Below are positions 60,995 to 64,000 of a stretch of 64,000 nt of DNA, in pieces; position 1 is the first letter of the stretch, and each line of letters starts with the position of its first letter. The translations under genes and the position numbers were made by a program. The stretch spans positions 53,624 through 117,623 of the forward strand of contig JBBILD010000012.1 in assembly GCA_037445065.1 (NCBI GenBank), read 5' to 3'. The notes below the pieces were generated by a model. It saw only the letters and a list, made by a program, of their open reading frames with translations, ran no database searches and was not told the DNA's origin. Source of the DNA: Myxococcales bacterium. GTDB lineage: Bacteria > Desulfobacterota > Binatia > HRBIN30.

Positions 60995-61681
60995 TCATCT
61001 GTTGACCACGGCCGCATCGTGCGCTGCGTCGGCCTCCCACTCCTGCGCTTGCCATTCTCGATAATCCTGGGGGCTATGCACGATCAGGAAGCCACGCATG
61101 GTGTAATGCGCAAACCCACACAGTTCCGCACACGCGATCTCGAATCTGCCCTCTCGCTCGAGCCGTAAGGACACCGACGTTTGCCGCCCCGGCAACACAT
61201 CCTGTTTCAAGCGTGCGGCCGGCACAAAGAAGCTGTGGATGACGTCCTCGGACTGGAGCACAACTCTCACGTTCGTACCACTCGGCAGGTGCAATTCACT
61301 GTCCAAAGAACGGTCATCGTCCGTGCCAAAGCGCTGGTCGGGCCCTGGGTAGACAAAACGCCAGCGGAACTGTTTGGCTACGGCTCGTACCTCTATCGCC
61401 GCGGGTGGCAATTCCTCCTTCATCGCTCTCCACACCGGCAGACTGTATGCCTCGATCGCGAAATCGCAGGCCAGCACAGCCACACCCAGTCCCAGCAAAA
61501 CCGCACCAGGCCTGTGGCCGTTTCTGCTCTGGCCATCCGCGCCTGGTCGCCGGAACCGCCACAAACAGAACACAAGGAAAGCCTGTGCGCCGACAAACCA
61601 CATTCCGGTGATGGCAAGCACGAGCCAAAACAGAGCATCTACCTCACCGGCCACGGTCGTAATGCGCAGAGGCCACTCCAC
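60995..61681 (-). CDS. coxB: Heme-copper oxidase subunit II (CuA)
   Basis: Two TM helices, QFRWRF.Y, DVIHSF and CAELCGFAHYTM; no cytochrome c domain. Confidence 0.93.
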   Translation of the reverse strand: MEWPLRITTVAGEVDALFWLVLAITGMWFVGAQAFLVFCLWRFRRPGADGQSRNGHRPGAVLLGLGVAVLACDFAIEAYSLPVWRAMKEELPPAAIEVRAVAKQFRWRFVYPGPDQRFGTDDDRSLDSELHLPSGTNVRVVLQSEDVIHSFFVPAARLKQDVLPGRQTSVSLRLEREGRFEIACAELCGFAHYTMRGFLIVHSPQDYREWQAQEWEADAAHDAAVVNR

Positions 61682-61802
61682 GTCTGCTCGCTGCTCCTCT
61701 CCTTCCCGACTCTGGCAGCTTACGGTGCCAAAGTGGCTGGCGCCGCGCAATGTGTATCGGTCACTCTTGCGGCTCCGGATCGCTCACGGTATGCGGCGGC
61801 GC

Positions 61803-62258
61803 ATGAGCGAAGTCGGGCATTTTGCGCGCATTCTGCTTCCGGTTGATTTCTCCCAGCACTGCGGCGATGCCGCACAACACGCGGGATGGTTTGCACGCGT
61901 GGGTGAGGGCCAGGTTCACCTCGTGCACGTCATCGCCAATCCGCTCGACGACCTTTACGAGACCAAAGAAGTCCCACCTCTGGAGGTTGTGGACCACGCG
62001 GAGGCGAAGGCGCGAACTCTTCTCGAGGATGTGGCGCGCAGCTGCCTGCCGCCGGGGGTCCCTTATCACCTACACCTCCGCCACGGCGATCCGTTCGAAA
62101 AAATCATCGCGGTCACTGCAGAGGTCCAGCCGCAACTGATCGTTCTTTCCACTCATGGGCGGGGCGGGCTGCTGCATTTGGTCATGGGGAGCGTGGCAGA
62201 AAAGATCGTCCGCTACGCCCCCTGCCCCATTTTTATCGTCCCCAGACGGCGCCACTGA
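61803..62258 (+). CDS. Universal stress protein
   Basis: ILLPVDFS, GDP, THGRGG..GSVAEKIVR.APCP. Confidence 0.93.
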   Translation: MSEVGHFARILLPVDFSQHCGDAAQHAGWFARVGEGQVHLVHVIANPLDDLYETKEVPPLEVVDHAEAKARTLLEDVARSCLPPGVPYHLHLRHGDPFEKIIAVTAEVQPQLIVLSTHGRGGLLHLVMGSVAEKIVRYAPCPIFIVPRRRH

Positions 62259-62295
62259 ACAGCACCCGGGAGCAAGCGAAAAAATCTTTTGCATG

Positions 62296-62325
62296 TTGAC
62301 GTAAGGAAGGGCGCCGTTGTAGCTT
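62296..62325 (+). promoter_or_regulatory. Candidate sigma70 promoter
   Basis: TTGACG-N18-TAGCTT in an AT-richer spacer; in-frame ATG at 62334. Confidence 0.4.
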
Positions 62326-62357
62326 CGTGTGTTATGGGGGATTCAACCAACTTGGGC

Positions 62358-64000
62358 ATGATGGTTTTGCGCTATGAGAGCTCGCCGCGCCAGGGCCGCG
62401 GCTGCTGCCTGGCTGCCCGTCTGCGCGCCTGGAGCATGCCGTTGGTCCTGTGGGTGTTCGCGGTTTCGCCGGCACTCGGCACCACCTTCTCCCTCCCGTC
62501 GGGGAGCGGGCCGCGCGGCATCGTCAGCGGACCCGACGGGGCCCTGTGGTTCACCCAACAGGCGAACAAGATTGGCCGTATCACAACCTCCGGAACGATT
62601 ACCGAGTTCGCCATTCCTACGGATCTTTCGTCGCCAGACGCGATCACGTTGGGGCCGGACGGCAATCTGTGGTTTCTGCAGACGGCGGCCAACAAAATCG
62701 CACGCATCACTCCCGCCGGGGTGGTCACCGAGTTCCCCGTGCCGACCAGCTCCGCTGGGCTGGCGGGCATCGCCGCGGATTCGGCCAACGATCGCATCTG
62801 GTTCACCGAGTTTGCAGCCAACAAGATCGGCTTCATTGGCGTGAGTGCGCCGAACACGATCACGGAGCTGTCGCTGTCCGTTCCCAACTGCAAGCCGTAC
62901 TTCGTGACGGTCAGCGGTGGTGTTGCGTGGGTCACTTGCAACGGGGCAAACCGCGTCCTCCAAGTGCCGCTGAACGCGCCCTTTGTCATTACAGAGTACT
63001 TGGTGCCGGCGCCGGCCATTGGCCCTACTGGGATTACCGCTACCCCTGCCGGGTTGATTTGGTTTCTCACCGCCAACCACGCCGCCCGACTCGATCCCAG
63101 TAAGGCACCGTCAGACCCGACGGCAATCACCCTGTTTGGGTTACCCTCGGCCGGAACGGGTCCGTTTCAGATCATTTTCGGTCCGGAAAGCGCACTCTGG
63201 TTCACAGAACAGAGCGCGCACCGAATTGGGCGCATCGGCTTGAGCCCAAACGTCTCGATCACTGAGGCGAGCCTCCCAACCGGAGTTCTGGGTCCGCGCG
63301 GAATTGCAGGAGGCCCCGACGGGAACATCTGGGTGGCGGCACAGTCCTCCAACCACATCGTGCGGCTGGAATTGCCTCTGCCGACTCCGACGCCAACTCT
63401 CAGCCCCACCCCGTCCGCCACAGCGACGGCAACCGCAACCGCCACTCCGACTCCCTCTTCCACCGCCACGGCGACTGCCACGACCACCCCGACACCGACA
63501 GCGACGGCCACTTTCTCGCCAACCCCAACGGGGACCAGTACACCCACAGCGACCGCGACCGCGACGTCCACCGCTTCCCCTACCCCCACGCACACACCGA
63601 CCAGCACATCCACGCCCACGCCAACACCCACGGATACGCCGACGTTCACTCACACGCCGAGTGCCACACCCACCAGTTCCTTTACCCCAACAGAGACCGC
63701 CACGGTGACCCCGACTCCCACGCCATCTGACACGCCGACCTGGACCCCGACAGATTCACCGACACCTGCGCCGACTCCGACCGAGACTGCCACAAACACA
63801 CCGACGGTTACGGCCACCGATACACCAACGGAGACACCCACCCTCACGCCAACAGAGACGCCAACCGAAACCCCGACGGAGACGCCTTCGCCAACCGCAA
63901 CAGCCACAGAAACGGCGACGCCAACCGAGACCGAGACGCCGACTTACACACCCACTTCTACCCAGACTCCGACCCCGACAGAAACCGAGACCCCGTCTCC
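62358..64000 (+). CDS. Secreted Vgb-lyase-like beta-propeller with a very long Pro/Thr linker; runs off the window and is absent from the ORF track
   Basis: Repeated PxGIxxGPDGxLWFT...NKIGRIT..G..TEF blades; no stop before the window end; start at 62334, 62358 or 62361. Confidence 0.87.
   Translation, partial: MMVLRYESSPRQGRGCCLAARLRAWSMPLVLWVFAVSPALGTTFSLPSGSGPRGIVSGPDGALWFTQQANKIGRITTSGTITEFAIPTDLSSPDAITLGPDGNLWFLQTAANKIARITPAGVVTEFPVPTSSAGLAGIAADSANDRIWFTEFAANKIGFIGVSAPNTITELSLSVPNCKPYFVTVSGGVAWVTCNGANRVLQVPLNAPFVITEYLVPAPAIGPTGITATPAGLIWFLTANHAARLDPSKAPSDPTAITLFGLPSAGTGPFQIIFGPESALWFTEQSAHRIGRIGLSPNVSITEASLPTGVLGPRGIAGGPDGNIWVAAQSSNHIVRLELPLPTPTPTLSPTPSATATATATATPTPSSTATATATTTPTPTATATFSPTPTGTSTPTATATATSTASPTPTHTPTSTSTPTPTPTDTPTFTHTPSATPTSSFTPTETATVTPTPTPSDTPTWTPTDSPTPAPTPTETATNTPTVTATDTPTETPTLTPTETPTETPTETPSPTATATETATPTETETPTYTPTSTQTPTPTETETPS
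63381..64000 (+). repeat. Low-complexity Pro/Thr (TPTxTPT) coding repeat, over 200 codons
   Basis: Continuous ACx/CCx codon run encoding [20 protein letters not shown]...TETPTETP. Confidence 0.9.

Noticed and set aside
63381..64000. Repeat region as a CRISPR array or non-coding tandem repeat
   Set aside because: The repetition is codon-level Pro/Thr with no constant repeat-spacer structure.

Overview
High-GC, gene-dense bacterial chromosome segment with about 50 genes. Secreted proteins with 'CxGDCNGDGxVTVDEI' dockerin-like modules, long Pro/Thr linkers and a MYXO-CTERM-like tail suggest a deltaproteobacterial-type lineage such as Candidatus Binatia (inference). Most genes are housekeeping or metabolic: pyrE, lexA-hemW, pepF, cysH/cysC, CoA-transferases, thiolase, acyl-CoA synthetase and dehydrogenase, glmU, surface-glycan genes, purU, a sigma70 factor, an FKBP, rmlC, WS/DGAT, trpB2 and cox II-I-III. 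Three items stand out. (1) A locus at 26.5-30.0 kb encodes a secreted S8 subtilase divergent from a 225-aa protein (RiPP-leader-like helical N-terminus plus Ig-like domain) and a putative ABBA-fold peptide prenyltransferase; this is a candidate RiPP-like protein prenylation system. (2) A decayed integron missed by the ORF track lies at 36.8-40.7 kb, with an intI fragment, two attC sites, frameshifted cassettes and an hsdR pseudogene. (3) An A1-type heme-copper oxidase appears to have lost its K proton channel in both subunits I and II. No rRNA, tRNA or CRISPR array was seen. All family calls come from reading motifs by eye, not from database searches.
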